Shown piece after piece: positions 8,564 through 17,183 of a stretch of 26,717 nucleotides of DNA. Every line of letters begins with the position of its first letter. The first letter of the stretch is position 1. The translations under genes were made by a program, and so were the position numbers. The DNA comes from an uncultured Rhodobacterales bacterium. GTDB taxonomy: Bacteria; Pseudomonadota; Alphaproteobacteria; Rhodobacterales; Rhodobacteraceae. The notes below the pieces were generated by a model. That model saw only the letters and a program-made list of their open reading frames with translations, ran no database searches and was not told where the DNA came from. The stretch lies in NCBI GenBank assembly GCA_964489925.1, contig CAZBBZ010000002.1, positions 1 through 26,717 on the forward strand. The letters are read 5' to 3'.

Positions 8564-9919
8564 CTAAACCCTCTTTTGCACGATAATTTCGATGCGGCGA
8601 TTGCGCGCTCGACCTTCACGCGTGGTGTTGTCGGCGATTGGTTCGCTTGCCGCCCGTCCTTGCGATGTGATGAGGCCCGCAGGCACGCCCGCCTTGACCA
8701 ATCGGTCGGCAAAAGCGCGTGCGCGCGCTTCGCTTAGACCCTGATTGGATTGAAAAGGGTTGGACCGTTGCACGGGCACGCTGTCTGTGTGGCCAATGAT
8801 TTGCAACTGGCCAATGACGTCGATGTTCTCGGTGATCACGCGCGCGATTGAGGCCACGAGGCTTTCATATTCGCTGTTTATTTCTGCCTTAGAGGACCGG
8901 AACAACTCCGGGCTGGTGGACTGCACAACAACAACCGTAAGCGACACGTCCTCACGCCCGGTCAGGGCGGAAATGGTGGCGGGCGGCGCGTTTTGTGCAA
9001 ACAGCGGCAACAGCTCTAAGATCAGCGGCTCTGGCACCGGCGCTGGTTCTTTGACGGTCTCAATTATGGGGCGAAAGATGCTGGCCCGCTCTGGCGGGGG
9101 CAACACCGCAGCCAGGGTGTAAAGTTGCTCACCTTTATTGGAAAGACGGATGCTTAGCCCGACATAGATTGCTGTGACCAGCCCCAATGCGATCATCCCA
9201 ATCGCCCAAAGCGGGATGATAAATCGGCTTGGCTCATCATCGGCGATAACGCCGCGCCAATGCGGGGACAGCGGTTGATCCTGATCGACGCGGTTTCCTA
9301 AATTACGAGCCAGTTGGCTGCGCAGGCGGGTTAACTCTGCGGTTCCCCCTTGGCCGGCAATGCGGTGTTTGCCACGAAACCCCATCGACAGGCAGACAAA
9401 GACAATTTCCGCCAGACCGGGATCCCGGTCTGGATAGGCCAGCAGATCATCGGCCAAATCAAAGAACCGCTCGCCTGCATCCACGTTGCCGTAAAGTTCA
9501 GCAACCAGCGGCATGCGCGGCCATGCCGATTGCCCGCCCCACGGCGTGTTAAGCGCTACATCATCAAGCAGCGCGGCGACGAACCATGCGGCCTTATCCG
9601 CTTGACTCAATTGCACCCCGCTTGAGACCGCCGCATCGCGCGCGTGGGTCAGATTATCCAAAAGCCGGGTGCGCAAAATATCAGGGTTCTCGGGTGCTTG
9701 GGCAACTGCCAACTCTGGGGCTAGCCCCAACAGCACTGAAAATGCGTTGATCAAAGGGTTGTCATGCGCGCGGGTATCGCGCAGGCGCGCAGGCGCGGTT
9801 GCCACGTTTCCCGGCGTATGGCCATGTTGCGAGCCTTGGGAGCTTCGCGGTTTGCTGGCCGGTCTGATCCGCGTGCGACCGGCGTCGATGTTCAGGCCAA
9901 ATGGATCTTCTTCTGCCAT
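8564..9919 (-). CDS. tssL: T6SS TssL (DotU) long form with C-terminal OmpA-like peptidoglycan-binding domain
   Basis: DotU motifs (LLDDVALNTPWG, AGERFF, CLSMGFRGKHR), one TM segment, and an OmpA domain (GHTDS...NQGLSEARA...GRARNRRIEI). ATG 9919, 2 nt after the tssK stop, is preferred over the ORF-track start 10048, which overlaps tssK. Confidence 0.95.
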   Translation of the reverse strand: MAEEDPFGLNIDAGRTRIRPASKPRSSQGSQHGHTPGNVATAPARLRDTRAHDNPLINAFSVLLGLAPELAVAQAPENPDILRTRLLDNLTHARDAAVSSGVQLSQADKAAWFVAALLDDVALNTPWGGQSAWPRMPLVAELYGNVDAGERFFDLADDLLAYPDRDPGLAEIVFVCLSMGFRGKHRIAGQGGTAELTRLRSQLARNLGNRVDQDQPLSPHWRGVIADDEPSRFIIPLWAIGMIALGLVTAIYVGLSIRLSNKGEQLYTLAAVLPPPERASIFRPIIETVKEPAPVPEPLILELLPLFAQNAPPATISALTGREDVSLTVVVVQSTSPELFRSSKAEINSEYESLVASIARVITENIDVIGQLQIIGHTDSVPVQRSNPFQSNQGLSEARARAFADRLVKAGVPAGLITSQGRAASEPIADNTTREGRARNRRIEIIVQKRV

Positions 9920-9921
9920 GG

Positions 9922-11256
9922 CTATCTGCTCACCGCATAACAATCGATATCCGGTTCTCGCTCCAGTTTGCCCGCCACGCCCAAGACAAATCCGGGGGCG
10001 TCCGCCAGCATCGACCAATGCGGCGAAGCGCGATCCAGTTCTAGGCAAAGCCGCTCGCCATCAAAGGGAATTTCGCGCGGCTGAGAATGCAATGGCTTCA
10101 GAGCAATGCCGGGCAGCTTGGAGGTCCAAAGATCATCAAAATCATCCGCCGAGCCGACCGTCGCTTGATTAACAAAAATCTTCCGCATCATTTCATCGGA
10201 CATCTCAGAGCCGATGCGCAACACAATGCGGCTGTTGGCGATCAGATCCGGGTTGTCGATGCGGATGGTCCAGATGTTGTCGGCATGTCGTTTGACTTCG
10301 AGGCTGCGCGATGACGGCTCGACGTGGCGCAGCGACAAAACGAGCGATCGCAATGTGGTCTTGAGCGTATCCAAGGCTGGCTGTGGGTCACGGTGATCAT
10401 AAGCAGGAAGTTCAGACAGCCGTCGCGAAGAAGAGCCATAGGTCGCCATGCGGCCCGCCATACTGGACAGTTCCCGGAACAATTCGGACGGATGCAGATT
10501 ATTTTGTGTCAAAATATGCGCGAGACGCGGGCTGAGTGTATTGGCCAATTCAAGAATCAACAGATTTTCCATCGAAGCCCCGGTGCCATCAAGCACAATG
10601 CCCCCATGCGCCTCGGCAATTCGGTTAAGGCCAGTGATCATTTCCTTTAGAAATTCGCCGTACCCGGGCATCGCCGATATCTGAAGCGCAGGCGCCAGAA
10701 AGCTGTCGTCTAAGATCACGCCGCTGTCCGCGTCCAGCCCGTCAATGCGCGCGATCGGCAGGCTCGTGTAACCATCCAGCGTGTCGCCGGGCAAAAGCAG
10801 TTTTGGCGCAAGGCGGGCAATTTCAACGTCCGCCGCTTCTGCGCCGCCGCGAATGGCGTCTTTTACGCTCACGATTTCACCGCGCAACCGCGTCCCTGAA
10901 GGGTCGCCATGGGCGGGGTCGATCTGCGTGGCGTCCGCGCGCGTTACAGGCAGCGCAAGGCTTACCAAACCGGCATCGGTCTTGGCGCTAATCGGCACAG
11001 GCGCCACATCAACGCTGATGTCGGGAATGGCAAAGGGCGTGCCGTCGGGAAAAATGCCCGCACCGTGTTCGATACCAACAAGACCAGCTTCCAGCGCGTT
11101 GCCATCAAGACGCAACGCGCTAAACCCCCAGCATTGAAATGACGTTGCGCGCAGGCTTTGGCGCACCAGCCATTCGGTATGGCGATCTTGTTGTTGAAAA
11201 TGCTGTGTTCGAAGAAATAGCCCTTCGGACCAGACCACTTTGTTGTTGTTTGCCAT
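9922..11256 (-). CDS. tssK: T6SS baseplate subunit TssK
   Basis: KVVWSEGLFLRTQHFQQQDR, GIFPDGTPF, LPGIALKPLHSQPREIPF motifs; 444 aa. Confidence 0.96.
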   Translation of the reverse strand: MANNNKVVWSEGLFLRTQHFQQQDRHTEWLVRQSLRATSFQCWGFSALRLDGNALEAGLVGIEHGAGIFPDGTPFAIPDISVDVAPVPISAKTDAGLVSLALPVTRADATQIDPAHGDPSGTRLRGEIVSVKDAIRGGAEAADVEIARLAPKLLLPGDTLDGYTSLPIARIDGLDADSGVILDDSFLAPALQISAMPGYGEFLKEMITGLNRIAEAHGGIVLDGTGASMENLLILELANTLSPRLAHILTQNNLHPSELFRELSSMAGRMATYGSSSRRLSELPAYDHRDPQPALDTLKTTLRSLVLSLRHVEPSSRSLEVKRHADNIWTIRIDNPDLIANSRIVLRIGSEMSDEMMRKIFVNQATVGSADDFDDLWTSKLPGIALKPLHSQPREIPFDGERLCLELDRASPHWSMLADAPGFVLGVAGKLEREPDIDCYAVSR

Positions 11257-11293
11257 CGGTTGCGACGTTCCTAAAATTTATAGCCCAAAGTTC

Positions 11294-11743
11294 TTAAACG
11301 GTATCCAGCGATATCCCCGAAGGCGCGACCAAGATCATCAATCCTGTGCTCGCACTGGGAACCGTCATTTTGGCACGAAACTGCTTGCCTGCTGGCGCGC
11401 GATAGCCCGCGACGATGCCGATCAGAGCGGCTTGATCTTCGATTGCAATTGCTGCGTTGGCCGTGCCGTTTGGGGCGACCACGATTTGATCGCGGCGCAG
11501 CAATTCACTCCCCAAGGCCGTTGCAGGGTCCTGAAGGGCAAAGAAATCCGCTCCATCAAACGCATCCGCGGCTTTTAGCTGTAGCACCGTAAGGGTCAGG
11601 GGGCGCTCGGCGCCATCCGGACCAAGGTTCATGCCAGATGCCGCGCGCGCGCTTACGTTCAGGGCGACCGAACGGTCCATGCACCCCGCAAGTCCGACAA
11701 CTGCGGTCCCACCACACAAAAACAAGCGACGATCTATCACCAT
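11294..11743 (-). CDS. tssJ: T6SS outer-membrane lipoprotein TssJ
   Basis: Lipobox LAGC; MNLGPDGAERPLTLTVLQLK, FDGADFFAL and IGIVAGYR motifs; located between tagH and tssK. Confidence 0.92.
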   Translation of the reverse strand: MVIDRRLFLCGGTAVVGLAGCMDRSVALNVSARAASGMNLGPDGAERPLTLTVLQLKAADAFDGADFFALQDPATALGSELLRRDQIVVAPNGTANAAIAIEDQAALIGIVAGYRAPAGKQFRAKMTVPSASTGLMILVAPSGISLDTV

Positions 11744-11745
11744 GC

Positions 11746-13059
11746 CTAATCCCTCTCTTTTGCGTTTTCGTTTTTGTTTTCGTAGGCGTTGCGAAAATCC
11801 GCGCCGACTTCACCCAAAAACCGTTTCTCTGCCGCTTGAGCGATGTCCTGATAGCGCTCTTGATAAAGCTGCCACATCTTTGCCGAGCGCCCGCCTGCCA
11901 CAAGCTGTTCAAGCAGGCCCGTTTCGGCCAAGTCGCGTTCAACCTCTTCGGGGTCAAACCGGTCGATCATACCGCGCAAGGCCGTTTGCAGCGCGTCCCA
12001 TGTGCGAACCTGATGGTCGGCGAGATCGCGGTAGGCGGCTGGTACGGCTTTTTCGCCAGACAAATAGCTGTCGTTGCGACCAAGAATGAGGGCAAGCATG
12101 GCTTCATCGGTATTGGCGAGAAATTTCAGCGGATTGACATCTGCATTGGCAATCACCGTTTGCGCGGCACGGATGTTGCGCTTTTCTTTGGCGCGGCTGC
12201 GCAGCAGAAACATCAACCCGTCCACAAGGTCACGAAACCGAGCGCCAAGCGCCTCCATCGCTTCGGGCGTGTCCGCTGCTGATTGAGTTCTGTCCAGCCC
12301 CAATCCTTTGAACAGCGCATCCATCATCTGTTGATGACCATCATGCGTTGCCGCTGGGTGGGGCGGTTGTGGTGCGATGTCCAATGCGGGCTGCAACGCA
12401 GGCTCTACCGGGGGCGGTGGCGACGGGTCTGAGGACGCAGGCGTTTTGGCCGTGGCGCCAAAATACCCAGAGCCACTGGTCGGGGCGCGCGACGGGGTTT
12501 CGTTATGGTCTGACTTTATCAAGTCCAGCTCAAACGGGTCACTTTGCGCAAACGGACGGGGCGGTTTTGCGTCTTTCTCGGGCACCTTTGCAGACGCTGC
12601 CGCGCCCGGCCGTAGTCCAAAGGGATCAGGCAAATCCTTAGGGCGCTCTTTTGGTTCACCCAAGGCATCGGGGGGCGTACGACCAAAATCAAAGCCATTT
12701 TCACTTTTTTCGCTTGCCTGCGCGTTTGACGTTTCACTTTCGGTTTGTGCGTCGAGGTCGACGCGTATGACAAAATCACCCAAGCGCAGACGCATCTGAT
12801 GCGCCAATGGGATTTCGTTGCCAGTGCCAAGGGGCACGTCAGAGCCATCAACAAACACGCCGCCGCTACTGGCGTCGATCACGCTAATCGCGCCGGATTG
12901 ATCCGTGATAATGCAGTGCTTGCGCGATACAAACTGTTCTGGATCATCAAGGCGCCAGTCGCAGTCATCGCCGCGCCCGATTTCCAATTGTCCCCCTGCA
13001 TAGCTGCGGGACGTGACGCTTTGCGCACATGGCGCGTGCTCTAACACCAGGGTCAGCAT
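11746..13059 (-). CDS. tagH: T6SS FHA-domain protein TagH (Fha)
   Basis: N-terminal FHA (IGRGDDCDWRLDDPEQFVSRKH), Pro-rich linker, and a conserved C-terminal domain (TVIANADVNPLKF, DLADHQ, RFDP, KMWQLY, FRNAYE). Confidence 0.93.
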   Translation of the reverse strand: MLTLVLEHAPCAQSVTSRSYAGGQLEIGRGDDCDWRLDDPEQFVSRKHCIITDQSGAISVIDASSGGVFVDGSDVPLGTGNEIPLAHQMRLRLGDFVIRVDLDAQTESETSNAQASEKSENGFDFGRTPPDALGEPKERPKDLPDPFGLRPGAAASAKVPEKDAKPPRPFAQSDPFELDLIKSDHNETPSRAPTSGSGYFGATAKTPASSDPSPPPPVEPALQPALDIAPQPPHPAATHDGHQQMMDALFKGLGLDRTQSAADTPEAMEALGARFRDLVDGLMFLLRSRAKEKRNIRAAQTVIANADVNPLKFLANTDEAMLALILGRNDSYLSGEKAVPAAYRDLADHQVRTWDALQTALRGMIDRFDPEEVERDLAETGLLEQLVAGGRSAKMWQLYQERYQDIAQAAEKRFLGEVGADFRNAYENKNENAKERD

Positions 13060-14105
13060 CAGGCTGCCCTTCTGAGTTCAGCTTGCGGTGACGTGATGGC
13101 CGCAAAGCACAAATCATCCGCATCACCCCCCGGTGTGGCGCGCAGCCAAGCGGTCCGTCCCAACTGGCTCGCCCCGAGGCGCGCGGTGGGCACTTCGTCC
13201 GCGCAAAGGATTAGCCGCAGATCAACGTCGAGTTCCTGACCAAGCGCAAAAGTGATGGCATGGCACAAGCGTTGCCAAAGCGCGTGATCTGTTAAAAGCG
13301 CGGTAAAGGCGTTCAAGCGCAACGGGCCGACCCGCAGTTCAATACGCGACAGACGCTCAAAACTGCGCGCACCGACAACCGCGCCGCTACCAAGACCGCT
13401 GTGAACCGTCCCAAGCCGCGATTGCAACGGAATCGGGATGTCCAGCCAATGGCCCTTAAATTCGCGCAAAGTCACGCGCGCATTCAGGATCGTTTCAAGA
13501 TAAGCGCAAAGCCGTTCCGGTCCCTGCTGTTCTTGCGCCAAAGACGTGGCGTGGTTGCGTTTCGGCGCGTCAATCGCATCCTCGCCTGTGACGGTACCGG
13601 GCAGACCGATACCTGCAAGCGCACTTAGGGTGACGGCAATGCGATTATCCGCGTCGCGTCCCACCTGCACCGCAGGTCGTGCGTCGGCCCATGCGCGCCA
13701 ATAGAGTGCAAGCATGCGGTGCTGAACAATATTGACCAAATCAAGAAACGACGTGTCGCTAAGCGCGGCAGCATCGTCACCAGCAAACCATCGGTTGGAT
13801 AAGCGTTCCATCACCCAACGGGTCATGTGAAGCGGCATCGGCCCTTCGGGGCCAAGCAGCCCCATGATGTTGACCGCCACCTGCACCGACGTTTCGTCGT
13901 CACGCGGCATGGTCACATTCGCCACGTCGCTTGCCGCGAAACTTAAACGGGGGGACTGCCCCAGACGAGCAGGCTCACGCTCGGGGCCGCCGGATCGACC
14001 AAATCGCGCGTCGCCTTTTTCAATCAGCGACAGCAACTGGAAAAAATCCATGTCCCCACCGGGGTTGCTTAGATCGCTGGGCGTTTGCCGGGCGTCATCG
14101 GCCAT
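13059..14105 (-). CDS. tssG: T6SS baseplate subunit TssG
   Basis: DFFQLL, MGLLGPEGPMPLHMT, FLDLVNIVQHRMLALYWRAW, REFKGHWL and RIELRVGPL motifs; directly after tssF. Confidence 0.94.
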   Translation of the reverse strand: MADDARQTPSDLSNPGGDMDFFQLLSLIEKGDARFGRSGGPEREPARLGQSPRLSFAASDVANVTMPRDDETSVQVAVNIMGLLGPEGPMPLHMTRWVMERLSNRWFAGDDAAALSDTSFLDLVNIVQHRMLALYWRAWADARPAVQVGRDADNRIAVTLSALAGIGLPGTVTGEDAIDAPKRNHATSLAQEQQGPERLCAYLETILNARVTLREFKGHWLDIPIPLQSRLGTVHSGLGSGAVVGARSFERLSRIELRVGPLRLNAFTALLTDHALWQRLCHAITFALGQELDVDLRLILCADEVPTARLGASQLGRTAWLRATPGGDADDLCFAAITSPQAELRRAA

Positions 14106-15937
14106 GCGACCTCCTGTTGTTTTTGGGCAAGCCGCGTTTGGGTGCGCACGAAAGAATTTATACCGACGTGACGCGCGAAAAGCTGTGACAGCAGTGCTGA
14201 TAGCAGAAGATCAGCATGACCCGACAACAAGGTCTCATCCACATCAAGGGTCACTTCGATACCGCGCCCAAAGCTAAGCGGGCCAGCAAGTTGCAAGCGC
14301 TCGACAACCGGACGCGCATGTACGGCCGTGATTGATCGACCATGACGTTCCAGCGTTGGGTCGCCACGATCGGCGTAGAGATTGATCAGCGCGCGCAAAG
14401 GTTCACTATCTTTGCCTGTTGTGGCCAGCGAGATGTGGTTGAGGCTAAGTTGCGACACCCAGCGCCATGTCAGGTCGTCCATTTTGCGATCCCCGCCGGA
14501 GCCTTGCGGCAAACTGGCGCGCAGGGATGGGCGGGGACGGCGAAACGGGGCAACCAAGGTGACATCGCCAACCGGATCACCTGTTTCCAGCGTCAATTCG
14601 GGCTTATCGTCAAGGATCGGTAAGTCCCGGTTTGTACAAAGAGCGCGAATATCGAGACGCTTGAGCGGATTTACGGCTTTGGAATTCGGTGGTTTTGCAA
14701 CCGAAACATAGGTGTCATCGCCAGTGTAGCTGGTTCGGGTCTGTCCACGACGTATTTCGTCATCGCCGGGCCGTCGCGGACGACGTTCCACGGAATAAAC
14801 ATAGCCTGACCCGCCCCGTTGCTCGACCGAATAAAGCGGTGAAATACGGGCCTGCGGCCCGGTCGTATCCGCATCTTCGACCCGGATAATGCGAAAGATT
14901 TCATAGTCGCGCGGGCGTGTCCGGTCCGCGTGCACAAGATGAGCAGATTTTTGGGCATCCAGTTCAACAAGGTTACATTCGCGCTCAAACAAATTGATCA
15001 AGGGCGTTGCAAAAAGCTGAAAGTCACGCGTCTTTAGCGTGTTGAGGTCCGGGTGCTCGCGGTTGAGCAGCACCAAAATTTCAATCGGGCCTTCATGCGC
15101 TGTGCGAATGGCGTTCGACAGGCCGGCGAGCCGTAGGAAATGAAACCGTTCGGGCATCAAAAAATACTCGCGCAACAAGCGATAACCCTCAAAGGCGTGG
15201 CGCACGCGCGGGCTAAGTGCTTCGTCATCGCTGATGCCGATCATTTGCGGTGGGGCGATCGGCTCAAACGGGGCCTTTGATCCTGCTGGGCGCACAAGAA
15301 CCTGCGTGCTTGATCCAAACACTGCATCAAAGATCGCAGCCGCTTTGCCGCTGGCACCAAAATAGAGGTCCAAAACATCAAGGCTTAACTCGGCCAAGGT
15401 CCCCGGACCCGTGCGGGAAAGTTCAAACCGCAAGCCCGCTTCTGAGCCGGTCGTCTTAACCCCGGCCGCGCTGATCGCGCCGGGGTCCTGAAGATAGTCA
15501 ACGCCACTGATCGCTATCGGCCACAGTTGCACGTCTTGGCGCGTTGTGTAGGTGGCCCGTGTAGCAAGCCCATCGCGCAACCCCGCGACCAACCGGGTGC
15601 CGCGATTTACCGTATGACCATCCAGCATGCCATCAACCTGCGGGCCGGGCGCGAGCTGTGCAATCGACATCGCGGGGCCAGGGCCCGCCAGATCCGGGTA
15701 AAGCGTATCTAACAGGTTTACGACATAGCGGCTGGCCTCGCCGTCCACCTTTAGACGCGTACGTGCGCCCAAATAGGCAACCCCTTCCAACAGGCGTTCA
15801 ACGTAAGGGTCAGGACAAGGGGTGCTTTCCAGCGAAAGATTGCGCGCGACATTGGGATGGATTGCGGCAAATTCGCCTGCCAGATCGCGAATATGGCTTA
15901 GCTCTTCTTCGTAATACGCAAGGAATGCCCGATCCAT
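14069..15937 (-). CDS. tssF: T6SS baseplate subunit TssF
   Basis: FLAYYEEELSHIRDLAGEFAAIHP, CPDPYVERLLEGVAYL, GYRLLREYFLMPERF, FATPLINLF, CTNRDLP and FARHVGINSF motifs; 622 aa; overlaps the tssG start by 37 nt. Confidence 0.97.
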   Translation of the reverse strand: MDRAFLAYYEEELSHIRDLAGEFAAIHPNVARNLSLESTPCPDPYVERLLEGVAYLGARTRLKVDGEASRYVVNLLDTLYPDLAGPGPAMSIAQLAPGPQVDGMLDGHTVNRGTRLVAGLRDGLATRATYTTRQDVQLWPIAISGVDYLQDPGAISAAGVKTTGSEAGLRFELSRTGPGTLAELSLDVLDLYFGASGKAAAIFDAVFGSSTQVLVRPAGSKAPFEPIAPPQMIGISDDEALSPRVRHAFEGYRLLREYFLMPERFHFLRLAGLSNAIRTAHEGPIEILVLLNREHPDLNTLKTRDFQLFATPLINLFERECNLVELDAQKSAHLVHADRTRPRDYEIFRIIRVEDADTTGPQARISPLYSVEQRGGSGYVYSVERRPRRPGDDEIRRGQTRTSYTGDDTYVSVAKPPNSKAVNPLKRLDIRALCTNRDLPILDDKPELTLETGDPVGDVTLVAPFRRPRPSLRASLPQGSGGDRKMDDLTWRWVSQLSLNHISLATTGKDSEPLRALINLYADRGDPTLERHGRSITAVHARPVVERLQLAGPLSFGRGIEVTLDVDETLLSGHADLLLSALLSQLFARHVGINSFVRTQTRLAQKQQEVAWPMTPGKRPAI

Positions 15938-16656
15938 TAGGCTTCCTCCAGCGTTGTGGTGGCCTGTCCGTTGTCCAGATCAATCGCGGTGGAAAGGCGC
16001 AAACGCTCTGGTACGGGTGACAACAGCAAGATGCCATCAATGCCAATGCGCATGCCGGTTTTGTCGTCAATCGTTACTTTGACTTTGATTGTGTTTGGCT
16101 TGAGGCGTGGCTCAAAGGTTTGCAATACGTCGCGCAGGTCACGCTCTAGCGTTTCCTTGTCGAAATCCGATCCGCGACGCCCCGAAAACGAAGGCACGCC
16201 ATAATTTATCACGCTACGCCGCACATGCGGAAAATCCGCTAGTTGATCGACGGTTGATTGCACTTTGCTCTGTTCACGGGGCGTCAGTAGAAATTCCGCT
16301 TCCATCCGCTCTATGTTGAACAGCATTTCAATGTCGCGCCGCACCGCTTCTCGCAAGGTATCGCTGTCAACGAGGATACCCGTTTCTTCGAGCTTGCGAC
16401 GATGCTGGGATTTGGCCACCAAAATGTGAAGCCGTTGGCGCATTTCGTCGTCAAGGTCGCGGCATTTTTCAACCGCGCGCGCACCACCTGCTACGATTTT
16501 ATTCACATTATGCTGCGCGCCGATCTCTTTTTCGAGATCCGCGCGCAGGCTGTCTGTTTCAGCGGCAACACCGGGCAATTCATCCACAAGCCGATCCCAA
16601 AGGGACGGTTGGACAAGCTCTTGGCGCGCTGTTGCATCTGCGAATTCTCGGGCCAT
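15937..16656 (-). CDS. tssE: T6SS baseplate subunit TssE (gp25-like), long form
   Basis: QPSLWDRL, LREAVRRDIEMLFN, SVINYGVP and FEPRL motifs; position between hcp and tssF; carries a ~65-aa insert. Confidence 0.9.
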   Translation of the reverse strand: MAREFADATARQELVQPSLWDRLVDELPGVAAETDSLRADLEKEIGAQHNVNKIVAGGARAVEKCRDLDDEMRQRLHILVAKSQHRRKLEETGILVDSDTLREAVRRDIEMLFNIERMEAEFLLTPREQSKVQSTVDQLADFPHVRRSVINYGVPSFSGRRGSDFDKETLERDLRDVLQTFEPRLKPNTIKVKVTIDDKTGMRIGIDGILLLSPVPERLRLSTAIDLDNGQATTTLEEA

Positions 16657-16676
16657 TTTGATGCCTTATGTGCCCG

Positions 16677-17159
16677 TCAAACGCCGCTTGCGATGTCATA
16701 TTCGATCTCGTGCTCATCACCAGCGGAATGATCATCGGCCTGCACGGTGTATTTGATCTGGACCTCTTCAAACGTGAAGCTGACAGATTCTTCGATCACC
16801 AGTTCATCGTCGGCTGTTGGCAGAATTGAGTAATCAGAAATAATCACATTGGTCATCGTGATGACGAGATAATCCAAATGCGCCTCGCCAGAGTCCTTGC
16901 GCACCGCCACTTTCACCTCGTCAAAGGATTTGCCCTGCATGGCTGCGAGCGCGAGGTAAGGGGAAGACGCGTCATAATATTTGGCGCAGGTCAATTCGCC
17001 GACAATGGCACGCGCTTTCGAGCGCCCCTTGCCTGTTTGCGCCGATGCACCTTGGCTGACGTTCCAAAGAATGCGGTGAACATCAATTTCATCTTCATGA
17101 TCCGCGCGCACGCTTTCGCCAGCGACGTCTGGGACCAATAGGTTGCCTGTTAGAGCCAT
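16677..17159 (-). CDS. hcp: T6SS tube protein Hcp (TssD)
   Basis: 160 aa; GES...HEDEIDV, KYYDASSPYL, YLVITMTNVIIS and EESVSFTFEEVQIKY motifs; strong SD (AAAGGAGA); immediately after tssC. Confidence 0.95.
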   Translation of the reverse strand: MALTGNLLVPDVAGESVRADHEDEIDVHRILWNVSQGASAQTGKGRSKARAIVGELTCAKYYDASSPYLALAAMQGKSFDEVKVAVRKDSGEAHLDYLVITMTNVIISDYSILPTADDELVIEESVSFTFEEVQIKYTVQADDHSAGDEHEIEYDIASGV

Positions 17160-17183
17160 AATAAGTCTCCTTTGGGTTCAGGT

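Noticed and set aside
9920-10048. N-terminal extension of TssL given by the ORF track
   Set aside because: Overlaps the tssK 3' end by over 120 nt; ATG 9919 right after the tssK stop gives a normal TssL N-terminus.
11638-12282. 214-aa plus-strand ORF
   Set aside because: Antisense to tagH/tssJ with no motif support.
14069-14105. 37-nt tssF/tssG overlap as a frameshift or error
   Set aside because: Both proteins have complete termini, and such an overlap is usual for this gene pair.
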